Part shown: positions 11,461-22,200 of the stretch, in pieces
Position numbering within the stretch: the first letter of the stretch is position 1
Layout: each line of letters opens with the position of its first letter
Assembly: GCA_973895155.1 (NCBI GenBank)
Contig: OZ316895.1
Coordinates: 10,156,184-10,220,183, forward strand
DNA length: 64,000 nucleotides
Direction: 5' to 3'
From: Marsupella aquatica
Taxonomy: Eukaryota > Plantae > Marchantiophyta
The notes under the pieces: generated by a model
The model's database searches: none
Seen by the model: the letters and a program-made list of their open reading frames with translations, nothing else
What the model was told of the DNA's origin: nothing
Position numbers and translations under genes: made by a program

Positions 11461-12194
11461 GCGAGGTTTAGACTAAGGTTTCAGACGGCCAGGGGTAGTG
11501 AGTAACGGTCAAAAAATAAGCAACGGCCGTCAGCAAAAGTCCGCGACGATGGCCTGTCTACCAGCCTGCCAGTCGCCCGTCATTTTTTTGTCCGGGGCCG
11601 TTCCGAAGCAAACCCGGGCAACAGCATTTGGTCGCGACTACAATATTGAGACCCCCTAATAGCCCAGGAGTGACGAGATCCGAATCCAATGAAGGGGAGA
11701 AAATATGAAAAAGTACAGGAAGATCAGAGAGCCAAATAGCCCCAGAGGCAAACGAACCCCAAGAGTCACTAACAACAGCAAAATAATAGAACTTCAACCC
11801 TGTTGGGCAGCAACCTGAAAAGTCTTGTAAAGCTTCTGAGTAAACCACTCCAGAGGGTCACGAAGGGAAATCTTCTCAATGAATACATTTCAAAGTGCCC
11901 TTTGAGGACAGTGTGCTACTGGTTTCCATGAATGTGTACCAAAATTGGAGGAAGTTTATGAAGTGGGTTTTAATTGATTGCCATATTTTTGGTCAAATAT
12001 GGACGCATGGCCCTGAGATTGTGACATCAAATGATGTGAGGGTTTTTGGAGTTAAACCTGTTTGACACAATCTGTCTTGATCTGATTATATTCATACCTT
12101 AGCAATCAGAAATGAAAGCTTTTTCCATGAGATCAGATGTGATTGTTGGATGTTGTTCTACCTAATAAACTCTTTGTATTGCCCAGAGAGGCAT

Positions 12195-12310
12195 GACTTT
12201 GTGTTAGTTCACTTTTGAGTAGAGACATAGGTCTTGGGTTCAAGATGACTTTGTGTTAGTTCATTTTTGATTAGAGATCATACTTTGTGTTAGTTCATTT
12301 TTGACTAGAG
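12195..12310. repeat. Short degenerate tandem repeat (ACTTTGTGTTAGTTCA[C/T]TTTTGA x3)
   Basis: Three copies at ~12196, ~12247 and ~12282. Confidence 0.75.
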
Positions 12311-13241
12311 ACTCATAGGTTAACTATTGTGACTGACTCTTCCTTTGTGTTGGGTTTCACGGATTTCACTTAAAAAAAACAAAAAAAACTCTTTGTATTT
12401 AGCTGGTAGCTCGCAGCTGAATCTTCACGTAGCAGCAAACCGTGTAACTAGACAGTTCACCCACTCAAAATTCCGCATATCCAAATATACATGATAGCTT
12501 TTTGGTTTGTAACTTTCTCGTATTTTTCACATGTTTCTGAGCAGCGTGCATATGACGGAATTTCCCGCCCAGCAGATCGGAGCTTAATCAGGAGATCACA
12601 TGAGCTTGTCGTCCTTTCCGGTGTCCCTTCTTTCATCGCTCTGCTGTTCAGATACCGTCAAGAAGAGTAGGATGATGTCTTTTACGAGCAAAGTTTTCAC
12701 GGACAGATTTTGACAAATGATTCAAAATGGTAGGAGATTCGGGACATATGTGCTGCAGCTCGTCAATTTGATGTCACACTCTTATTAATTACTTCAGAAG
12801 AACTTCGAATACTCGAGTCACTCTGGAGGGAAATGTCCCTCAGCTTAAAACATGAATTCTCAAAATTTTGTAGCTATCAGAGTCCATGCGTAAGATCAAC
12901 GATGCTGCTTCACTCCAGCAACCATTTAGCAGCGGGACCCTTAATAATCTAGCGGCCCTTTGGTAGCCTGAAGGTAAAAAAAAGCCGCTATGTGTAAAAG
13001 TACAGTACTTACTGACTACATATGTACTGAAAGCTAATTTGAACTGTGTTGTTGCACAGCAATTGAACACTTTCTAAAACCTCTCTATCATTCTGTACAA
13101 CCTTCATTGTAGTTGTTTAATCCGGTAAATAAATTACCTAGGTGAGCTGTATAGCTCCGCTTTTCAGCGAGAACGGACTGGACTTGCCTGATACTGTCCT
13201 GGAATTGCCTGAAACATGATCTTCTCCAGCCCAGCCGCGGT

Positions 13242-16200
13242 TCAGCCGCAGTTCAAATTCCGAGAATTCACGGTGTTTGGGATGAATTGGTGGCTGACGG
13301 TGTCTCGATAGCATTCCGCACGCTCAAAAGAACTCGACCTGCAGAAGTGCAGTGGATGGGTGGGTAGATTTCAGCTCAATGGATTTTTTCGTGAAGTCAC
13401 CAAAATTGCTCTCCGTCAGACTCTGTTCCTTACCAATAACTAGAATGTGTCCAAATGTCCGACTTTGTTCCTTACGAATAACTAGAATGTGTCCAAATGC
13501 CCGCAATCAATGGTCGCAGTGAGTTATTTCATTCCTGCATTTCCTGGTCCTTTTTTCTTCGCACTCAAAGTGGATAGTGCATTCGTGATCTTGGCCTAGT
13601 TGTCTACATTTGCCCGGGTACAGCTAAACCCTGAGCTGAGTGAACTTAATGTAGTTCCAGTCTGTTATCATGTCAGGGAATTGCCGACCCTGATTCTTTT
13701 CAAAACATGTGTCGGGCACGACGGTTCTTTATCAGGAAAGCATACAGTTAAGTACAGTATTCTCTTGGATCAAGTGACTCGATGACTTGTATTGTGACAC
13801 CAACAGAAACCTCGGAAGTACATAGAGTATTGAGGAAAGGGGGCGCCAAGATTGAACGTACCAATTGAACTAGAAGATGATGCATTTGCACTTGGACGAA
13901 TCAAGACAGTTGTCCGTCAAGGATATCCTGCTCGACCAGTCATCATTCAAGCACAAAACACTCAATCCCATTAAAAAACTGATCGATAGAAAGGGGGATC
14001 CGAATGTCACATGCACTATGCGCCAATGGATTGATCACGGTATAACCCTTGAATTTTGTTAGTATGACTTGAATGGATTTTGTTTAATGGGAAGGCACTT
14101 GATCATCAGAAGGAACGACAGGACATGATTACTGAAAGAATCACAAAATTAGACTTCAAGCGTGTGGAGCTGTACTTCTGATCAGGGAGCAGAAATTTGG
14201 ACGGGTCGACTCCCGTGAGACAATTCTCGCTGATATTTCTGTTAGGAACAGGGAACAAAACAGTTGTCATGAGAGGTGTTACATCTAGGGCAATCTTCAA
14301 GTTCCCAGGTGGGTTGGGACAAAATAAACAAGTTTATAGAGTTTATGATCCAGGTCCTCATGACGAGCTGTAATTCATCTTTGTTGGAGCAACACATTGA
14401 GATGATTTTGATAACATGCTCTGGAACTGCAGGAGTTGGAAAGAAACTTGCTCAAGGTACAAGCATTGTAATGAAAGCACTCACAATGTTAACGAATTTG
14501 CAAACTGTTTTGCAGATTCGATGGTACCGCTCAAAAAGTTGTTCGAGAGATCGCTGTACAGCCACGACAATGATCAGTTCAGTACATCTCCGCAAGTAAG
14601 CAATTACAAACAAGCCCATCTACTCCTTAATTTAGTATTCAAACGTCGGAAGAGCAAGTCCAAGAAAAAAGTGACAATGGAACCCCACCCCGGTCCTTCA
14701 GTGCACAAGGATTAAGATACTTACACTTTGTTCAATGTTGGAACTTCGAAAAGGTTGAAGGGAGTGTCTCCGAAGAGATAATTGTTGCTCAAATCACTGC
14801 ATCACGAGAGCAAAAGGCATCAGCTTAGGGTGAGACCAATGTAGAATGTACCTAGAACCCTTCAAATTTTTGTTAGTACATTGAACTTTTTCTAGGATGT
14901 ATTAAAGTCTTCCAGAATTCCTTCAATGAAGACATGCAGCAGAAATGGGGAGCTTCAGAGTATGCGCGAGAATTATCAGTGATATGAATCTGGACTCAGA
15001 GTCCGGGAAGGGTTGAATGACTTACAGATTCTCTAATTCGGCCATTTCCTGTAAATCCTCCGGGATACCCCCAACAAAGGAGTTATGTGACAAGTCTCTG
15101 TAGAAACAAATCACACTCAGAACGTATATTCTTTTGCTATCAAAATTGCATGACATTTATACAACCCTGAGCTGTCAACTTGATAATTGCAACTCTTTCT
15201 TGGAGATGTATTCTTGTCAGAACTCTGGTTTAAGAGTTGTAGTTGGATTATTCCTCTGTCTGTAAAATTGGACAGGTCTTTTACAATTGCGTGCAGAAGA
15301 TACTTACAAACTCTTCAGATTGGGCAAATTCTTAAAGCTGGCTGTGACGCCTGCAACCTCGTTCTGGTTCACGTTGCTGAATATTCACCCAGACAAAATT
15401 TGTTAATATTAGAATGCAATACAAACTACGAAGAGCATTTGACTGTGATCAAACACAACAGGATCGAGATATCTGGACTAGAGCAACAAGTTCTAGACTT
15501 GAGTGCATCCTGGCACCCTCATATTCACAAGAAGTGAACGAAATTGTTTAATTACAAAAGGATGTCCTTACATTAAATCCGGCGGCAATATTGGAGGTAA
15601 GGGTGGAGGAAACTGGCAGTCTGGACCGGCAGGAGTGGATTGACTGTACACCAAACCAACATTAGGGGACCCTGTACAATGAAAGCTATCTTCACATCAT
15701 GGTAACATTAGCTGAACGAGGTGTAATCAGCACTGCTCCAAACTTTCTGAAAATTAATGACATTGTTCTCTGTCTACAGGAAGCAATTCTTACTTGTTAA
15801 CAGGCATTGGCCAGGTCCAGTTGAAGAGGGGAGGAAGCAATGCTTTTGGTGGAGATGGAGTAGGAAATGGCCACGTCCAATTGAACACTGGAGGAGCAGG
15901 TGTACTGGATTGGGGAGGCGGCACAGTTGGTGGAGGTGGTGAAGGAACTGTCAAGTTGAAGAGGGGAGCACTCCAGTTGAACAGAGGAGGAGCTGGGATA
16001 CTCGGTGGTGGTGGCGAAGCAGTTGGCATAGTCCAGTTGAACAAAGGAGGAACTGGGACACTTGGTGGGGGTGGCGAACCTGTTGGAATAGTCCAGTTGA
16101 AGAGGGGAGAGCTCCAGTTAAACAAAGGAGGGGCTGGGACATTTGGTGGGGGTGGCGAAGAGGTTGGCATAGTCCAGTTGAACAACGGAGGGGTTGCAAC

Positions 16201-19200
16201 ACTTGGTGGGGGTGGCGAAGTAGTGGGCATAGTCCAGTTGAACAAAGGAGGAACTGGCACACTCGGAGGTGGTGGCGAAGCTGGTGGAATAGTCCAGTTG
16301 AAGAGGGGAGCACTCCAGTTGAACAAAGGAGGGGCTGCAACACTTGGTGGAGGTGGCGAAGAGATTGGCATAGTCCAGTTGAACAAAGGAGAGGCTGGAA
16401 CACTTGGTGGGGGTGGTGAAGCAGTTGGCATAGTCCAGTTGAACAAAGGAGGAACTGGCACACTCGGAGGAGGTGGTGAAGCTGGTGGAATAGTCCAGTT
16501 CAAGAGGGGAGCACTCCAGTTGAACAAAGGAGGAACTGGCACACTTGGAGGCGGTGGTGAAGCTGGTGGAATAGTCCAGTTCAAGAGGGGAGCACTCCAA
16601 TTGAACAATGGAGGAACTGGCACACTTGGAGGCGGTGGTGAAGCTGGTGGAATAGTCCAGTTCAAGAGGGGAGCACTCCAGTTGAACAAAGGAGGGGCTG
16701 GGACATTTGGTGGGGGTGGCGAAGCGGTTGGAATAGTCCAGTTGAACAAAGGAGCAGAAGGAGGAGTAGGTGGTGAAGGGGTTGGCAGTGTCCAATTAAA
16801 GAGAGGTGCACTCCAGTTGAACAAGGGAGGTGGTAGAGCACTTGGGGGAGGTGGTGATGCCATTGGAATCGTCCAGTTCCAGAGGGGAGCGCTCCAATTG
16901 AATAGTGGCACAGCAGGAGGCGAAGTGTTCATAGGAGATGGGAGAGTCCAATTGATAGGAGGGGCACTCCAATTGAAGAGGGGTGGTGAAGATGAAACAT
17001 TTTGAGGAATTGGGAAAGTCCAATTAAAGAGCGAAGGAGCCGGTGGAGCTGGAGATGGAAATGTCAAGTTAAAGAGAGGTGCGCTCCAGTTGAGTGGTGG
17101 GGCACTCCAATTGAAAAGTGGAGGAGCGGGAGTGGAAGCATTAACAGGAGGTGGAAGAGTCCAGTTGAAAAGAGGGGCAGTCCAGTTAAATAGTGGAGAA
17201 GCTGGAGAGGAAGCATTGACAGGAGGCGGAAGAGTCCAGTTGAAAAGAGGGGCAGTCCAGTTGAACAGCGGAGGAGTTGGAGTGGAAGCATTCACAGGAG
17301 CTGGGAAAGTCCAATTGAAGACAGTAGGAGTTGGAGGTGGTAAAGTGATGTTAAAGAGAGGAGCACTCCAGTTAAAGAGAGGCATTGGTGGAGCTGAAGA
17401 ATTCTGAAGAGCTGGGAAAGTCCAGTTTAAGACGGTAGGAGCTGGTGGAGTTGGAGGTGGTAAAGTGATGTTAAAGAGAGGAGCACTCCAATTAAAGAGA
17501 GGCACTGGTGGAGCTGAGGAATTCTGAAGAGCTGGGAAAGTCCAGTTGAAGACAGAAGGAGCAGGTGGAGTTGGAGGGGGTAAAGTGATGTTAAAAAGAG
17601 GAGCACTCCAGTTCAAGAGAGGCACTGGTGGAGCTGAAGAATTCTGAAGAGCTGGGAAAGTCCAGTTGAAGACATTAGGAGCTGGTGGAGTTGGAGGTGG
17701 TAAAGTGATGTTAAAGAGAGGAGCACTCCAGTTAAATAGAGGGGCTTGTGGAGCCGAAGAGTTCTGGAGACCTGGGAAAGTCCAGTTAAAAAGAGTAGGA
17801 GCTGGAGCAGCTTGAGGGGGCAGAGTCCAGTTAAAGAGAGGAGCACTCCAGTTGAAGGCAGTAGCTGGTGGAACTGACCAATTCTGAAGAGCTGGGAAAG
17901 TCCAGTTAAAAAGAGTAGGAGCTGGAGCAGCTTGAGGGGGCAGAGTCCAGTTGAAGGTAGGGGCTGGTGGAACTGACAAATTCTGAAGGGGTGGGAAAGT
18001 CCAGTTGAAAAGAGGAGTACTCCAGTTGAACGCAGGGGCCGGTGGAGCTGAGGAATTGGCAGGAGTCGGAATAGTCCAGTTGAAGAGTGGAGGTCCTGTA
18101 GAAGTTGGAGGTGGGAATGTCCAGTTGAACAGAGGAGTACTCCAATTGAAGGCGGGGGTGGGTGGAAATGAGGAATTCTGAAGAGACGGGAAACTCCAGT
18201 TAAAGAGAGGAGAACTCCAATTAAAGACGGGGCTGGGTGGAATTGTTGAATTCTGAAAAGGAGGGAACGTCCAGTTGAAGAGTGGAGCAGACCAGTTGAA
18301 GATAGGACCCATCGGAGGATACGAAGGCGAAAGGCCTGGTGCGGGAGCTACTGGCCAGCATGTCCAGTTGAAAAGAGGGGAAAGTGTGGTATTTGAAGAC
18401 CAGGCGACAGTTGGAGCTGTTGTATAAGGAGCTGTGAAATTCCAGTTGAGTAGTGGGGCGGGGGGAGTAGGAGCTGGTAGACTCCAATTAAAGGTGATAT
18501 TCTGTGCAGAAGGGAAGCTCCAATTGAACTGGGGAAATGGAGGGGCAGGAGCTGAACCGTTTGCAGGAAGCAAGCTAGGATTTAGTATTGGCCAGCACGT
18601 CCAATTAAAGAGAGGAACAGCTGGAGACGGAGGTGCAAAGTTTGGCACTGTCCAATTGAACAGGGGCGGCCCAGAAAAGTTGAAAATAGGGGTCGCAGGC
18701 GTCCAGTTTCTGCATGTCCACGTTAAACACCAAGTTACAAAAACTAGATCGTAGCAATTGAAGGCATCACCAATGGAGATAAAACTTCTAAGTTTTATGT
18801 GCTTTACCACCTCACTCCTGCAGTTAAGGGCATTGTAGAATTTCAAGTGGAAGATGCCAGTTCAAAGTATTTGTTATCAGATTGTGACCTTAGAGATCTA
18901 TTCGTTCACATCGATCGACAAAGGCTTCAGTCCATAATTTGATGAGCGTTTCAATGAAGCAGTCGCAGATCTATTTTTTAGCAACGGAGTAGCCTAGATC
19001 TTGACTACCATTCCTGCTTTTTGGAAGGGACAGAACATTTTCTTTCCCAGAGGATTTAACAGAAAGAAAAAGGACTCACGACGGGGGAAATAGAGGAGCC
19101 GTAAGATTCAGCGGTGGGAACATCTGAGTCCAGTTCCTGCGGATCATCAATTCAATCGGGACGTGAGAAGTGAGAAATTTCAATATCGAGGTGACCTTTA

Positions 19201-22200
19201 CCAACTGACAATGATGGAGATCATGATAACATGTGAGATCGTCAACAGCCATTTTATTTGAACCCAGCGATTCCAGATTGGCTTCTTTCCGCAACGTCAC
19301 GAAAACCATGACAATTCACTCTTTAGCCGTAAACTCAACATTTCCCAGCAATAGACGTCAGCGACTAACTGACGGCACGTACGTGGGAGGTGGGGTGCTT
19401 GTGTTGGCGGAGGCATTCCTGGAAAGAAATGCAAACATTTCTCAGTTGCCACCTTCTTTTCAAATTATCAATTCCTCGTCAGTAATGTGTTATGATTCTC
19501 CAACTACTCCAAAGAACCATGGGATGTCCAATGGTATCGGAAAGGAAAGGGCTTAATCTAATCGACAGCAGACAGATGAGATTAATTCATAGGAACCGGA
19601 CATCTGATCGCAAAGCACAGTGAAGTCGCAAAATGCATTAGTTTGTCGGATGGAAATTGAAACCATACTTACCAGGAAGGCCATGAGAAACTCCAAGAGC
19701 TGGGTGGAGCCGGTGAGAAGATTTGAGTCCAGTTCCTGTGATAGAAACGAGCACTTATTTCAGTTCAGACACCTTTTTTCTTCAGATTCAAAGACACATA
19801 TCAGCGCGAATTCTTATGCATGTCATACCTTCTCATTTGACAGCAAAATTATTTGTGCAAGCCATCCACTCGTTAAGCCATGTACCTGACCAACTTCTTC
19901 TTGTGTATTCATATTGGTTAAAGCTTAATGCAAGGGCAAACTTACAGGGGCGGAAAAGCGCCTGGTGCTGTCGCAGGGGCTCTGTAATTAAGCAATCATC
20001 GAAGGAAAGCATTAGGATAGAAGGTTTCGTAAAGTGTATCACGTCAAACAGAGTGAGAGAGGTCTTCTTCCTCGATCTCGACAAAGCCTTCACCGTTTTG
20101 TGGCTCAATTTAATGACACAGTTTCTCGTACTAAATGCAACTAAAAAAAAACCTTTTCTGGGACGAAAAGGAAAGGAGAGGATCGAGTGGCTCACAGAGA
20201 AAGTGCTGGAGCTCCAGGCAAGCATCCCGTGAGATTATTCCACGACAAATCCCTGCATATTCAGTCACAGTTGGTGGAGCGTTGAAATTGCGGGATTCGA
20301 GAATTAAACAGTTCGTACATGCACAATTCATGACGTCAAAGTTTTCGGGACGTAGTTATGACAAGATGAAGTGTATGCAGCAAGTCTCAAGATGAGATGA
20401 AAGTGTATGAAACACGTCTCAAGATCAAATTCAATCAGTGTTCAAGTTCATGAAATGTATGTGCTTTCAAATTTCAGAGAATAAGACAAGCATCCAAGGT
20501 AGGTAGATCCCAAGCCATGGGCTGTCCGCAATAGTTTTACTCACAACTTTTCAATATCTCTGAGGGTGAAGACGCCCTCTGGGAATTGTCCGTTTAGAAG
20601 TGGATTCTTCGAGATGACCCTGAGAGAGAAACATGAGCAAATCGGAGCAGTTTTCAAAACACATTTTCAATTCCTCAAGTTAGTTTGATGATACCAACTT
20701 ACAAATCTTCGTCATGAGAACCAGTAGGTCATTCATGAGCATCTGAATGCCTTTCTAGGTAGTGACGATTATTTGATGCGTTTCGAGGATCTAATTAAGC
20801 TTACTATAAAACATCCACACGAAACCAGAACGGTAATACTTGATTCGATCTGCTCAAGGAGGATGGAAAGTTTTGCCAGTGAACTGGTATTTGGACTGGT
20901 ATACTAACAACATTCTAACCTAATCTGATTATGCAAGGTGTCTTTAAAGGGAACTGGATACTGGCTTGGTGGAGATCTAGCTAGAGTCAGGGGTTTACGT
21001 ACAAGCTTTTCAGTCTTTTCAAATCTTCTATTGCCTTAGGAATCTGCCCGGAGAAGGCCGTATTCATGACGACGAGACTCTCCAAGAAGTCCACATTCCT
21101 CATCTCGTTCTAGCAACATAAACCAGGGTTGATTTTGTTAACGTCTGCAGTCAAGTTAGAAAGAGTCGAGTTTCTGATCCTACTGCAATCTTGAACTTAA
21201 ACTTATCATAGCGCAGACATGAAAGACATGATGGATTAAACATGGTAACGCATCATCTCTAAGAGATAACACAAAGAATTCTGGAAATGTTTGAAAATGA
21301 TTATTTTAGCGAAGGATTTCTAGTGCGCTGTATCACCGACAAGCTAACAATCTGTTCTTACCGTGATATCTTTACGTGGCATATATGATGTGATCGATGA
21401 AGTGGGTTCTTATGTATGTTGAAAATTACAAATTCAAGAGAAACTCACAGATGGAAGAGGGCCCCAGAACTTGCGTCCTCGTAATGCCCTGCGTGCATTT
21501 CATTCAGAAACAAGTGAGCTTTACTTCAGATTTCCAATTCAACTAAAAAGTCCTAGAGCTGTGTCCAGCTTCAAGTTAGATCTCAAAGATTAGCCAGAAG
21601 CTTGCGTTAATCTTTCCATAGGACCTGTATGTATAGCATTTGAGACAGAACCTAAACTCGTGTCGCGAACGAGATACTCAAGTATGGAGACGGTGATCGA
21701 GCTCTAGGTGTACACTCAGTGGATCTGCAATTTCTACAATGAGATATATTTCTCAGTGCCTGCTCGTAACTTTTATCGATCGATTGATTCGAACCGGGTA
21801 AGTGAGTCAAGGGTATAGTGTGATATCAGTTCACAGTTGATCATTAATTGTCTTTGTTCAACATCTTAGGATCGAGTCCAACTTTCTAGTCCATGCACTA
21901 TCAGCTTGAGCCCATTCACACTGCTCCATTGGCTCCATGAATGCAGCAGTTGAAGCAAGACCATCTGTGGAAATAGACTGTAGTGCATACTGCTCAAATG
22001 ATATCTATTCCTCCAGGCAAGGAGTCCTAGCAATTGATCAAAGATACTTGCAGTGAAATTGCAAAGTAATCTCGTTAAACGGGGCAATACTCAATTGAGC
22101 TATTGTTTCCTTAGTTAGCAAGAATGTGTCTTAATGATTGGTTAAACCCCAGTCGCGATTGCACAAAACAACAATTGGCCTCTCCATGCAATTAGTTCAC

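Larger units (their letters stand above)
6111..11657. mobile_element. Full-length PIF/Harbinger-superfamily (PHIS, Pangu-like) DNA transposon with three ORFs
   Basis: TIRs AGGGGGACTCAATATTG (6111-6127) and CAATATTGAGACCCCCT (11641-11657), 16/17 match. AAT TSD at 6108-6110 and 11658-11660. Removing the element restores a host tandem repeat unit. It encodes a DDE_Tnp_4-type transposase and a Myb/SANT-like ORF. Confidence 0.92.
6042..11745 (+). repeat. Host ~80-bp degenerate tandem repeat interrupted by the transposon (6042-6110 plus 11661-11669; second unit 11670-11745)
   Basis: gtgacaagattccaatccaataaaggagagaaaac...cagagagccaaat|agccc vs gtgacgagatccgaatccaatgaaggggagaaaat...cagagagccaaatagccc. 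Confidence 0.8.

Noticed and set aside
15794-17005. 403-aa Gly-rich plus-strand ORF (and other overlapping ORFs)
   Set aside because: Antisense or alternate-frame shadow of the Pro-rich repeat exon. The minus frame has splice sites that join it to LRR exons.
18710-18846. N-terminal 46 aa of the 1018-aa ORF as a real start
   Set aside because: No ATG or signal peptide; it lies upstream of a good acceptor (TGCAG at 18710) and is intronic read-through.
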